Below are positions 1-8,416 of a stretch of DNA of 30,560 nt, piece after piece. This DNA is from Promethearchaeota archaeon (GTDB taxonomy: Archaea; Asgardarchaeota; Lokiarchaeia; Sigyniarchaeales; SOKP01). Position 1 is the first letter of the stretch, and each line of letters starts with the position of its first letter. The notes beneath the pieces were generated by a model. It saw nothing but the letters and a program-made list of their open reading frames with translations. It was not told the DNA's origin and made no database searches. Both the position numbers and the translations under genes were made by a program. The DNA is taken from positions 1-30,560 of the forward strand of contig JAHLWH010000088.1 of NCBI GenBank assembly GCA_019058015.1, read 5' to 3'.

Positions 1-197
1 CGACCGCTATGAAGGGGGAAGGTTTAGCGGGCAAAGGAACTTAGAGGAAGCGAATGCCAATCTATATTTGATTGGAGAGGGTCTACTATATTAAATTTAT
101 AGTAGTAGATACCCATCTCGAAAGGGAGCTGACTTCGAAAGTGGTCGAGACTGAGAAAGCACTCTGAAGAAATTTTAACTATAAGAGGAGTTAGACG

Positions 198-1658
198 ATG
201 CGAAGCATTGAACGAACCTATAGGCATGGCGGATGGTGGGACGAGATAAACTGGTCTCAAGTGGAACGCGATGTAAGACGACTTCAGGGTAGGATCTACA
301 GAGCATCCAAGAAGGGTGATTATAAGGGAGTGGATAATCTGATGAAACTTCTGGTAAGGTCTGAAACTGCGAAATTGTTCGCGATTTATGTCATTACTCA
401 GAAGAACAAGGGTAAATCTACTCCTGGAGTAGATGGAAAGGTTTATCTGACAACAAAGGAAAGAATGAGGTTAAGTAAAGACGAGTTTGATTATAAGTCG
501 TATAAGTTTCAGCCTATATTAAGGAAATACATACCTAAAAACCAAGGGAATTGGAGAACAAGGATTTATAAATCTAAGAAAAGGGAATACGGAGAGGCAG
601 AGATGAGACCTTTAGGAATGATGACAATTAAAGATAGGGTGATGGCAACTATTATCTCGCTTGCTCTCTCAGCGAAATGGGAAGCGTTGTTAGAACCCAA
701 TGTTATGGGATTCCGTCCCGGAAGATGTACGCAAGACGCAATACAACGGATATATTTGGAGTTAATGAGAGGCGATAAAATAATTTTAGATGCGGACATT
801 AATAAATTCTTTGATAATATTAAGCATGATGCAATTTTAAGCAAGGTAAAAGTGTTTCGCAAGGCTCTATTTCGATGTCTGAAAGTGGGAGTTGTGGAAA
901 AGGGAAAGAGAATCAAAACCGAGAAGGGTATTGTTCAAGGAAGTCCTTTAAGTCCCATTTTAGCCAATATAGCTTTAAGTGGTATGCAAAAGGCTCTTGG
1001 AAGAGATATCTGTGTTATATCCTATGCGGACGACTTAATCGTAATTGCTCCAACGATACCAACGATGAAACGGGTAATACCGAACCTCGCAAGGTTTTTA
1101 AGAGAAAGAGGTTTGAGTTTAAGACGAGAAAAGACCAGAATAACTACAAAGAGAAGAGGCTTTAACTTCTTAGGTTTTAGAGTCGAGCAACCGCGAATGA
1201 AGTTGTATGTAAAACCCCAGAAAGAGAAAGTCAAGAAATTTCTCGATTATTCTAGGGAGTTAGTATGGTCGAATAAGCAAATAGAACAGAGGAAGCTAAT
1301 AGCGAAATTGAATCCCGTTATTAGAGGGTGGGCGATGTACTATAGATATTCAGACGCAAATGAAGCTTTTAGTTGGGTGGATCACGAAATTTTCGGGATA
1401 GTTTGGAGATGGGCGCGGAGAAAACATAATAAAAAGGGAAAGCAATGGATATTTAAGAAATATTTTGAGGAAGTAGGAAAAGACAAATGGATTTTCAAAG
1501 ACGCAAGAACTGAGTACGCGTTGGTTAAGGCGAGTAAGGTTCAAAGACTGAAATATGACTTTATAGTAAATGATCTTTCTCCTTTTAATCCCGATCCTGT
1601 TGTCAAGGAGATCTGGAATAGGAAAAGGTATCAAGAAGTTAGACATGCGATGATATAG
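198..1658 (+). CDS. ltrA: Group II intron reverse transcriptase/maturase without a C-terminal HNH endonuclease
   Basis: N-terminal W..INW..V...V.RLQ.RI; TPGVDG; RPLG..T..DR; GFRPGR; DADI.KFFD.I.H; QGSPLSPILANIAL; YADD; F.FLGF; maturase LNPVIRGWAMYY. RBS GAGGAG upstream. Confidence 0.96.
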   Translation: MRSIERTYRHGGWWDEINWSQVERDVRRLQGRIYRASKKGDYKGVDNLMKLLVRSETAKLFAIYVITQKNKGKSTPGVDGKVYLTTKERMRLSKDEFDYKSYKFQPILRKYIPKNQGNWRTRIYKSKKREYGEAEMRPLGMMTIKDRVMATIISLALSAKWEALLEPNVMGFRPGRCTQDAIQRIYLELMRGDKIILDADINKFFDNIKHDAILSKVKVFRKALFRCLKVGVVEKGKRIKTEKGIVQGSPLSPILANIALSGMQKALGRDICVISYADDLIVIAPTIPTMKRVIPNLARFLRERGLSLRREKTRITTKRRGFNFLGFRVEQPRMKLYVKPQKEKVKKFLDYSRELVWSNKQIEQRKLIAKLNPVIRGWAMYYRYSDANEAFSWVDHEIFGIVWRWARRKHNKKGKQWIFKKYFEEVGKDKWIFKDARTEYALVKASKVQRLKYDFIVNDLSPFNPDPVVKEIWNRKRYQEVRHAMI

Positions 1659-1758
1659 ATAAGATGACCACTGAAATCACCTTGAGTTTGATTAACTGTG
1701 AAGTGGCGACACTGAATAGCGAAAGAACACGCGGCGACGCGTTAGGAACTCTCGGCTT

Positions 1759-1792
1759 GAGCCGTGTGCGGGGAAACTCGCACGCACGGTTC
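1759..1792 (+). ncRNA. Group II intron catalytic domain V
   Basis: GAGCCGTGTGCGGGGAAACTCGCACGCACGGTTC: 34-nt hairpin with AGC triad, GAAA tetraloop and AC bulge. Confidence 0.95.
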
Positions 1793-1795
1793 TTA

Positions 1796-1833
1796 GAGGG
1801 CAAAGGGATAGTAATAACCCCGAGCTACTCGAC
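1796..1833 (+). ncRNA. Group II intron domain VI with branch-point adenosine (A1827)
   Basis: GAG(1796-98) pairs with CTC(1828-30), A1827 is bulged, GGC pairs with GCT, the distal stem is capped by a GTAA (GNRA) loop, and the intron ends in AC. Confidence 0.88.
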
Positions 1834-2169
1834 TGTAGATTGATTCTACACTTATTTTCGCCCTCCTCCTCCCCCTATTTGTTGATGGGCGGAGAAGCAT
1901 TAAAGACTTTATCCTCACTTTTTTAATTCTTTATTATTAATATTATCTATTGCAATAGAAATTTTTAAAATTCTCAAGGATTTTGTATGATTACAGAAGA
2001 TAGAGATGCTGGGTGAGATCGACTTTAATATGATGTTGGAGAGAAAAGCATTTTGTACTCTAAACGTCCCTTCCTAACAGCTTTTTCTTTTTATGAAAGC
2101 TTTGTACAAGATCACCGATGAGGATATAATGGAAGATATTTTTAAATAAAGAAAGTACGTGGAGGAAAT

Positions 2170-2409
2170 TTGAACTTAATAAATTCCCACAATTGGTGCG
2201 AGGATGCCTCGGATGAGCCTTTATTTATCGAGTTCTCAAAAATCTTTGAGGATAAAACTCTTTACGGACTGAACGAGAAAATAAGGCAGTTTGAAGCCAC
2301 CCACCCTCATTTAACATTGGTCAGTTCCGATGATTTTTCAGAGAGCGAATCGGTAAGTTTTATTTTTTATTTTATAAGAAACGTAAAAATTCTCTTACTT
2401 TATTTTTAA
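2170..2409 (+). CDS. Possible small hypothetical protein
   Basis: TTG start preceded by GGAGGA and protein-like composition. The 3' end overlaps the convergent gene by 38 nt and no motif is recognisable. Confidence 0.3.
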   Translation: MNLINSHNWCEDASDEPLFIEFSKIFEDKTLYGLNEKIRQFEATHPHLTLVSSDDFSESESVSFIFYFIRNVKILLLYF

Positions 2410-3232
2410 TTTTTTTTACAATCTTTGGATCATATTTTCTGGTGATATATTCTCTTAATACGTTAAGGCGATCGTTTGAAATTTTCGGCTGCATTAGTTC
2501 ATCTGAAAGTTTCTCAATTAAATCAACATCATAAATACTGTTTACTTGTTTTAGAAGATCGACAATTTTATCCGCTTGAATAAGAAATTTTTCAATTTCT
2601 TTTTTAATAATAATGTTCTGACCTTGAACATCTATTATGTCAAAAGCCTTTTTGATAATTTCCTCTTCAAATTTTAATTTACTACTCCATGGACTCTGAA
2701 TAACAATGCCTGATGGATCAATTAATAGTGATTTATCTTCTGTTAATTCTATCGCATCATAAGTCTTAAATTCAATAGAAGAAATAGTACCTGTCTTATT
2801 TAATTGAGTAGGTTTGAATTTAGGAAATAATTCATTAATAGAGTCTGTTAAATCAGGAATTTCTTTGCGTATTAAAATATATATTGGATAATTAAAAATA
2901 TACCCATGAAGGAGATTATAAAGGATGTATGTGCCCCATTTCTTAAGAATATCATTTATTGAAAATTTTGCAATAATATCTTCAGTAAGTTCTACGTCTT
3001 CCTCCTCAATAGGCATATCGAATTGAAAATCAATTTTTTCATACCCTTTCACTACGGCATTATTATCTAGAAATAGAATAAATGGATGTTTATCGCATAC
3101 TAATCCCTTAGAAACTTGGACTTTTATGTTTCCAAATTTTTTTTGTTGAAATAATGTTTGGGTGAGTTTTATTATTTTTTCGGAAAAACATACAGGGCAT
3201 TTAACTTTAATTTCTTTGTACTGTACAGACAT
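2372..3232 (-). CDS. Hypothetical protein with N-terminal putative Zn site (CPVC...C.KH.F..F.D.N..V.GY..ID)
   Basis: 286-aa ORF in AT-rich DNA with CxxC plus a distal C/H. The pattern resembles a family I recall from Lokiarchaeia; function unknown. Confidence 0.8.
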   Translation of the reverse strand: MSVQYKEIKVKCPVCFSEKIIKLTQTLFQQKKFGNIKVQVSKGLVCDKHPFILFLDNNAVVKGYEKIDFQFDMPIEEEDVELTEDIIAKFSINDILKKWGTYILYNLLHGYIFNYPIYILIRKEIPDLTDSINELFPKFKPTQLNKTGTISSIEFKTYDAIELTEDKSLLIDPSGIVIQSPWSSKLKFEEEIIKKAFDIIDVQGQNIIIKKEIEKFLIQADKIVDLLKQVNSIYDVDLIEKLSDELMQPKISNDRLNVLREYITRKYDPKIVKKIKNKVREFLRFL

Positions 3233-3411
3233 GATTTAGGATTTGTATTTTAAAATAAAATACAATGTATATTAAATTAATAGAATAAATATTTTTTTAT
3301 TGATTTTGAAATAAAACTAGTATTATTTCGAATATGAATGTAATCATGAGTATATTTTACTTAATAATTAAAAAGTTAATACATATATAATTATTATTTT
3401 AAATTAAAATT

Positions 3412-3416
3412 GAGGT
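3412..3416 (+). promoter_or_regulatory. Shine-Dalgarno GAGGT before TTG start
   Basis: TTGAGGTTAAAAATTG; a near-identical leader precedes the TTG at 17754. Confidence 0.6.
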
Positions 3417-3422
3417 TAAAAA

Positions 3423-4316
3423 TTGAGGTTTGGAATCCAACCAGTTAGTGTTGATAGTGTTATTGGACAAATGAAAGATTCGAGAAATATTTTAAAATTC
3501 GATTTTACTGAGATTGTTATAGATGCAGTCAAACGTGGTTATAGACATATTGAACTTACTCTTGACATGCATTACGTGTTACCCGAAGGATTTCAGAAAA
3601 AAGATATTGAAAATTTATTAAAAATCAAAGAAGAGCATAATATAACTTATTCGGTGCATCTTCCTCTTTGGTCGATTGAACCGAGTAGTCCAAATCGTTA
3701 TATTAGAAAAGGATCAACTGACTGTTTGATAAATGCAGTAAAAATGGTAGAACCTTTAGACCCAGAAGTATATGTTTTACATGCAACTGGGGCATTAGCA
3801 GCAGAATTTTCACGTATAGAAATACCTGAACAATATAAAAAATTTGTAATGAGCATATTCACAGATAATGGAGTGAGTGCAATAAACTGTATGATTAAAG
3901 AAACGAATTTAGATCCAAATAAACTTGCCCTCGAAACGATTGAATTCCCTCTTGAAAATACACTTGACCAAATCAAGAAGGTTAAAGGTGCAAAATTATG
4001 TATTGATACGGGACATGTTTTGGCGAAATATCCTGGTGATTACGACTTATTTGAACTCACTAAAAAATATATAGATATTACGAGCGAATTTCATTTGCAT
4101 GATGGATATAATTTTCCTAACAGAATAAAAGGAAAAAAAATAGAAGACCATATTGCTTTGGGTGAAGGACAATTACCAATAAAATTTTTGAAATTATTAT
4201 ATGAGAAGAATTTTCGAGGACCTATTGTTTTTGAGTTAAATTTTGATCAAGCAAAAAAATCTTTAGAATTTATAAGAAAACACGTCCCAGAAATAGAAAT
4301 TGATCTAAATGATTAA
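3423..4316 (+). CDS. Sugar-phosphate isomerase/epimerase / AP-endonuclease-2 family TIM-barrel metalloprotein
   Basis: SVHLP, VLH, LET, C.DTGH, FHLHD, DH..LG.G and FEL metal-binding motifs. Confidence 0.85.
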   Translation: MRFGIQPVSVDSVIGQMKDSRNILKFDFTEIVIDAVKRGYRHIELTLDMHYVLPEGFQKKDIENLLKIKEEHNITYSVHLPLWSIEPSSPNRYIRKGSTDCLINAVKMVEPLDPEVYVLHATGALAAEFSRIEIPEQYKKFVMSIFTDNGVSAINCMIKETNLDPNKLALETIEFPLENTLDQIKKVKGAKLCIDTGHVLAKYPGDYDLFELTKKYIDITSEFHLHDGYNFPNRIKGKKIEDHIALGEGQLPIKFLKLLYEKNFRGPIVFELNFDQAKKSLEFIRKHVPEIEIDLND

Positions 4317-4545
4317 GAAAAAGAGAATAATTTATTTTAGAAACCTTAAATTTTAAACGTAACGACATATTAATGAAGAAATTTTTTCTACATTGCCATT
4401 TATCATTCTACTATATTTTAGTCTGGAGATATATATCCATTCCATTAATCTTAATAAATAAAGAAAATAATAATAATAAAATCATAATAATAGAAATAAT
4501 AATAAAAATAGAAATCAATACAAAAAAATAAGGTAATTTTTTTAT

Positions 4546-5664
4546 ATGACTATTGAAAATTTTGCTATATATCGAGAATTGCAAGAACATCTCGATAAAT
4601 TGCCTATTGGGTTCCCACCCACAGAATCGGGTGTGGAATTACGCATTTTGAGATACTTATTTTCTCCAGAAGAAGCAGAAATCGCTACAATGTTGAATTT
4701 TATACCAGAATCATTAAAAGTTATTAACCGGCGTGCAAAAAAGAGGAGTATAACGATTGAGGAACTCGAACAGAGTTTAGATCGGATGGCACTGAAAGGA
4801 TCGATTAATTTTGGAAAAAAGATTGATGAAAAGGGAGAGGAAAAGTTTTACTCCAATGCACTTTTATTGGTCGGTATGTTCGAGAACCAACTAAATAATC
4901 TAACTAAAGAATTTATTGAAGACTTTGAACAGTACATGGATGAGGGATTTCTTAGAGAATTGAATAAAACACATATTCCCCAATTACGCACAATCCCCAT
5001 TGAACAAAGCATTACACCAGAGCATCATGTTGCAACATATGATGATATAAGAACAATTATTGAAAACATAGGTGAGCCAATTTCTGTGGCTATCTGTATT
5101 TGTAAACAAGCAAAAGACCTCCTTGGGCAACCTTGTAATCAAACCGACATGCGTGAAGTCTGTTTCCAATTCCGGACAGCAGCTAAGATTTTCATGGAGA
5201 AGGGGTTAGCACGTGAAGTGACTAAGGATGAAGCCCTTGAAATCTTAGGGAGGGCTGAGGAAGAGGGGTTGGTCCTCCAACCTGGGAATTCCCAGCGACC
5301 TAGTTATCTCTGTTGCTGTTGTGGTTGTTGCTGTGAAATTTTATCAAACCAGAAGAAACTTGAAAAATCAATAGAATTTTTCTCGACTAATTATTACGCT
5401 GAAGTGAATCCTGAATTATGTACGGGGTGTGAGACATGTTTGGAACGCTGTCAAATGGATGCTTTGACCATTATTGATGATATTTCTACTGTAAACCTAG
5501 ATAGTTGTATTGGCTGTGGACTTTGTATCCTTACTTGCCCGTCAGGGGCAATAACGCTTAAAAAAAAAGAGAAAGAGAGAGTTCCTCCGAAAAGGACGGC
5601 TGAAACCTACATGGAAATAATGAACAAGAAAGCGAAAATAGCCAGAGAGGAAAAGAATAGATAA
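4546..5664 (+). CDS. 4Fe-4S dicluster-containing protein with Cys-rich central domain
   Basis: CIC..., CCCCGCCC, and C-terminal CTGCETCLERC and CIGCGLCILTCP ferredoxin motifs; the N-terminus looks HTH-like. Confidence 0.88.
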   Translation: MTIENFAIYRELQEHLDKLPIGFPPTESGVELRILRYLFSPEEAEIATMLNFIPESLKVINRRAKKRSITIEELEQSLDRMALKGSINFGKKIDEKGEEKFYSNALLLVGMFENQLNNLTKEFIEDFEQYMDEGFLRELNKTHIPQLRTIPIEQSITPEHHVATYDDIRTIIENIGEPISVAICICKQAKDLLGQPCNQTDMREVCFQFRTAAKIFMEKGLAREVTKDEALEILGRAEEEGLVLQPGNSQRPSYLCCCCGCCCEILSNQKKLEKSIEFFSTNYYAEVNPELCTGCETCLERCQMDALTIIDDISTVNLDSCIGCGLCILTCPSGAITLKKKEKERVPPKRTAETYMEIMNKKAKIAREEKNR

Positions 5665-5822
5665 AATTTAACTTTTTTATTTATTTCATCTATGGGACAG
5701 ATAAATTCTTAGACTCAATTCTTAATAAAACACAACGTTCCGATTATTATTATTTTTTTATATTTTTAGCTTTTTCTCTAAAAAATCAAACTTTTTTATA
5801 AGAAAAGAATTAAAATGTTATT

Positions 5823-7331
5823 ATGTGTAGTTCAAAATCAAAATTAAAAGGATTATTTTCAATATTATTATTCTTACCATTAATTATATTTTTAAATACT
5901 GATATTGCTATTTTTATAACTAATCAAGTCTTAATTGTGGCAGAATTTGATTTAGGTGGTAAATTTATCGTTCTTGGGTTTATTGCAGGATTGTATTACA
6001 TAGTTCTTGCGGTTTTTACCTTAATTGCTGGTTATTTTTCTGATATATTTAAGCGAAAATGGCTATTAATTATTGCAGGTGGGATTTGGGCAATTTCAGA
6101 AATTTTTACAGCCTTTTCAATCAATATTGTTATGTTAAGTATTCTAAGAATAACTGCTGCAATTGGAATTGGAGCAGCAAGCCCAATTTCGATAAGTCTA
6201 TTGGCAGATATATTTTCTTCCGAGAAGCGGGGGACTTCATTTGCTTGGTGGAGCCTTGCAACAACTTTTGGTGGACTCATTGGGGGTGTCTTTTCATTAG
6301 TAGTTAATGTTATCCCGTATGATTTCCCTGAAAATTGGTCTTTAGTGCAAAAAATCAGTTTTATTAGGTTGAATTACCCAGTAGAAATGACCTATTGGCG
6401 ATTACCTTTTTTATGGGCAGGATTGATTGGTTTATGCTTAGTGTTTCTTTGTTTTTTAATTAAAGAACCGAAAAGAGCCAGTAAAGAAAGTATTTTAAAA
6501 GAGATATTATCAGACGAGAAAATTGATTATTCTCGCTCTTATCGAATAAAGATAAATGATTTGAAAAAAATTTTTACTAAACGTTCTAATTTTTGGTTGA
6601 TTATAAATTTTGTAGATACGATTTTATATGGATTTTTATTAACATATATCATAACATACATAACGGTGGAGGTTGGATTTTCTCTAACAGATATTACTTC
6701 AATTATAATGTTATTGGTTTTTCTTTTACCAATCATAATTTCAATGTTTGCTGGACAGTTTTATTTTGCTCGATTAGGTGATAAAAAAGTATCTAAAGGA
6801 GATCCGGCAGGTCGAGTTAAAGTTGCTATTATATGTGGTTTGGCTCATATTCCATTTTTAATTTTTGGCTTTTTATTTTATCCTAATGTATCGCATTTAA
6901 CTTTTTTTAAGGGAGCTCTAAATCTATCTAGTATGATACCACTATTTTGGATATTACTTATAATAATGAGTCTAACAATTGGAGTAGGCATGTTTTTCGA
7001 ATTCGGGATAGGTCCTTGTTGGTTTTCCAGTATAGTAGATGTAAATTTACCGGAACATCGAGGTACTGCATATGCTATGGCAGCTATGATGGATGCATTT
7101 GGAAGGGCTTTAGGACCTATTATAGGCGGGGCATTGGTGGATTATTATACGGGGATTGGAAATATTTACCCTTTTGGTACAACTATAGTAATTTCTATAT
7201 TGTCTTTTGGCATAATTTCGGGACTCTTATGGCTTCCCATTTATAAATATTGTAATAAAGATTTTGCTGAAATTGGGGCAATATTAGAACAGAGGGCTAA
7301 AGAACTTAAAAAACAATCAGTTATAAAGTAA
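5823..7331 (+). CDS. MFS transporter
   Basis: About 12 hydrophobic segments; motif A GYFSDIFKRK; L.D.F....RG; DVNLPEHRGTA. Confidence 0.9.
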   Translation: MCSSKSKLKGLFSILLFLPLIIFLNTDIAIFITNQVLIVAEFDLGGKFIVLGFIAGLYYIVLAVFTLIAGYFSDIFKRKWLLIIAGGIWAISEIFTAFSINIVMLSILRITAAIGIGAASPISISLLADIFSSEKRGTSFAWWSLATTFGGLIGGVFSLVVNVIPYDFPENWSLVQKISFIRLNYPVEMTYWRLPFLWAGLIGLCLVFLCFLIKEPKRASKESILKEILSDEKIDYSRSYRIKINDLKKIFTKRSNFWLIINFVDTILYGFLLTYIITYITVEVGFSLTDITSIIMLLVFLLPIIISMFAGQFYFARLGDKKVSKGDPAGRVKVAIICGLAHIPFLIFGFLFYPNVSHLTFFKGALNLSSMIPLFWILLIIMSLTIGVGMFFEFGIGPCWFSSIVDVNLPEHRGTAYAMAAMMDAFGRALGPIIGGALVDYYTGIGNIYPFGTTIVISILSFGIISGLLWLPIYKYCNKDFAEIGAILEQRAKELKKQSVIK

Positions 7332-7401
7332 AAAATTTCTGAATTTTGTAATAAAATTGAGAAATTTGTTAAACCCATAAGATTTTAGTTATAATTATTA
7401 T

Positions 7402-8211
7402 TTAAATTCCTTTCAAAAAGAGATTTTTATGACAAGCACAACATGGAATTCCAATTTTTATTTCATTTTGAAGAATATTGTCAATTTTTTTAGATTTTTT
7501 AATTAGAGTAAACAAACTTTCCCTTAATTTTATTAGATCAGAGGTTTTACTAAAATAAAACTTTTTTAAATATGAAATATGATTTTCTCTCTTACAAATT
7601 GGGCAAATTAAAAATAAATTTAAAAACTTTTTATAAAATCCTTTTTTAAAAACTCTTAATCTTTTCTCTAACTTAATAAAATTTGATTCTGAACCAATAT
7701 TTTTAAGAATTTTACTTGCTAATTGGGTTAGTATAATTTTTTTTTTGATTCCACTATGGGAGGATATTAGAAAAAAATTTTCAATTTGGTTGTTTTCAAC
7801 AAAATGATTGATTTTATCATAAAGTTCTTCATAGTTTATATCAGATTTATACCCTACTAAAAAGATTGGAATGTTATCGGTATTCTTTTTAATAATTCTT
7901 ATCCAATAATACAAATTATTGAATAAATCATCTTCTGAAGCATCAAAAAATAATAAGCACCCTTTAGCACCTCTGAAAAAATAGGGGTATATTGAATGAA
8001 ATCTATCGCTACCATTTATATCCCAAATAGTCATTTTTAAAATATCTTCGTGATCATTTAAACATTTTACAACTTTAATTGAAACACCTATGGTTAAAGA
8101 AGATGTGTTATCAAAAGAATTTGAATATTGATCTATACTATTAAAAAAATCAAATTTACCAGAATTATATGATCCAACTGCTATAACTTTAGAAATATAT
8201 AATCCTGGCAT
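7402..8211 (-). CDS. Rab/Ras-like small GTPase with degenerate G motifs, fused to a C-terminal Cys4 domain
   Basis: KVIAVGSYNSGKF, TIGV, IWDING.DRF....YFFRGA.G.LL.FD, IPIFLVGYKSD; tail with CPIC...CCAC. Confidence 0.82.
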   Translation of the reverse strand: MPGLYISKVIAVGSYNSGKFDFFNSIDQYSNSFDNTSSLTIGVSIKVVKCLNDHEDILKMTIWDINGSDRFHSIYPYFFRGAKGCLLFFDASEDDLFNNLYYWIRIIKKNTDNIPIFLVGYKSDINYEELYDKINHFVENNQIENFFLISSHSGIKKKIILTQLASKILKNIGSESNFIKLEKRLRVFKKGFYKKFLNLFLICPICKRENHISYLKKFYFSKTSDLIKLRESLFTLIKKSKKIDNILQNEIKIGIPCCACHKNLFLKGI

Positions 8212-8416
8212 ATTATATCCACGCGAATTAACTTAAAACATTTATAATACTTAACCCCAATCAAATTAATAAAAATTTAACTATAAAAATTTTAAGATTT
8301 TATTCATTTAATTGTTATATTTGAAGTAATTCCTAATTTAATTGATTTTGATCATTAACAATTATTAATTAAAACTCAAAATAGGTTTTAAGCAATTTCA
8401 TATAAAAAAAATAAGT

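Larger units (their letters stand above)
1..1833 (+). mobile_element. Group II intron, 5' end outside the window; RT ORF within domain IV; 3' end at ...CTACTCGAC (1833)
   Basis: RT/maturase ORF followed by canonical domains V and VI ending in AC. Several hairpins upstream of the ORF (CCGCTA/TAGCGG 4-30; CCAATC/GATTGG 57-75; CTACTATA/TATAGTAG). Visibly more GC-rich than the flanking host DNA. Confidence 0.93.

Noticed and set aside
198-1833. RT as part of a retron, DGR, CRISPR-RT or Abi defence system
   Set aside because: The maturase domain and canonical DV/DVI identify a group II intron. No template/variable repeat pair, cas genes or arrays were seen.
1834-1850. GTAGA/TCTAC stem reminiscent of a Cas12a repeat
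   Set aside because: Single copy, arms in the opposite order, no spacers or cas genes.
1969-2148. Possible decayed ORF (MLGEIDFNMMLERKAF...*QLFLFMKALYKITDEDIMEDIFK)
   Set aside because: Protein-like but broken by stops, with no recognisable homology; cannot be supported without a search.
4453-4520. AAT/AATAGAAAT low-complexity repeats
   Set aside because: Irregular AT-rich intergenic sequence without a constant unit or spacers.
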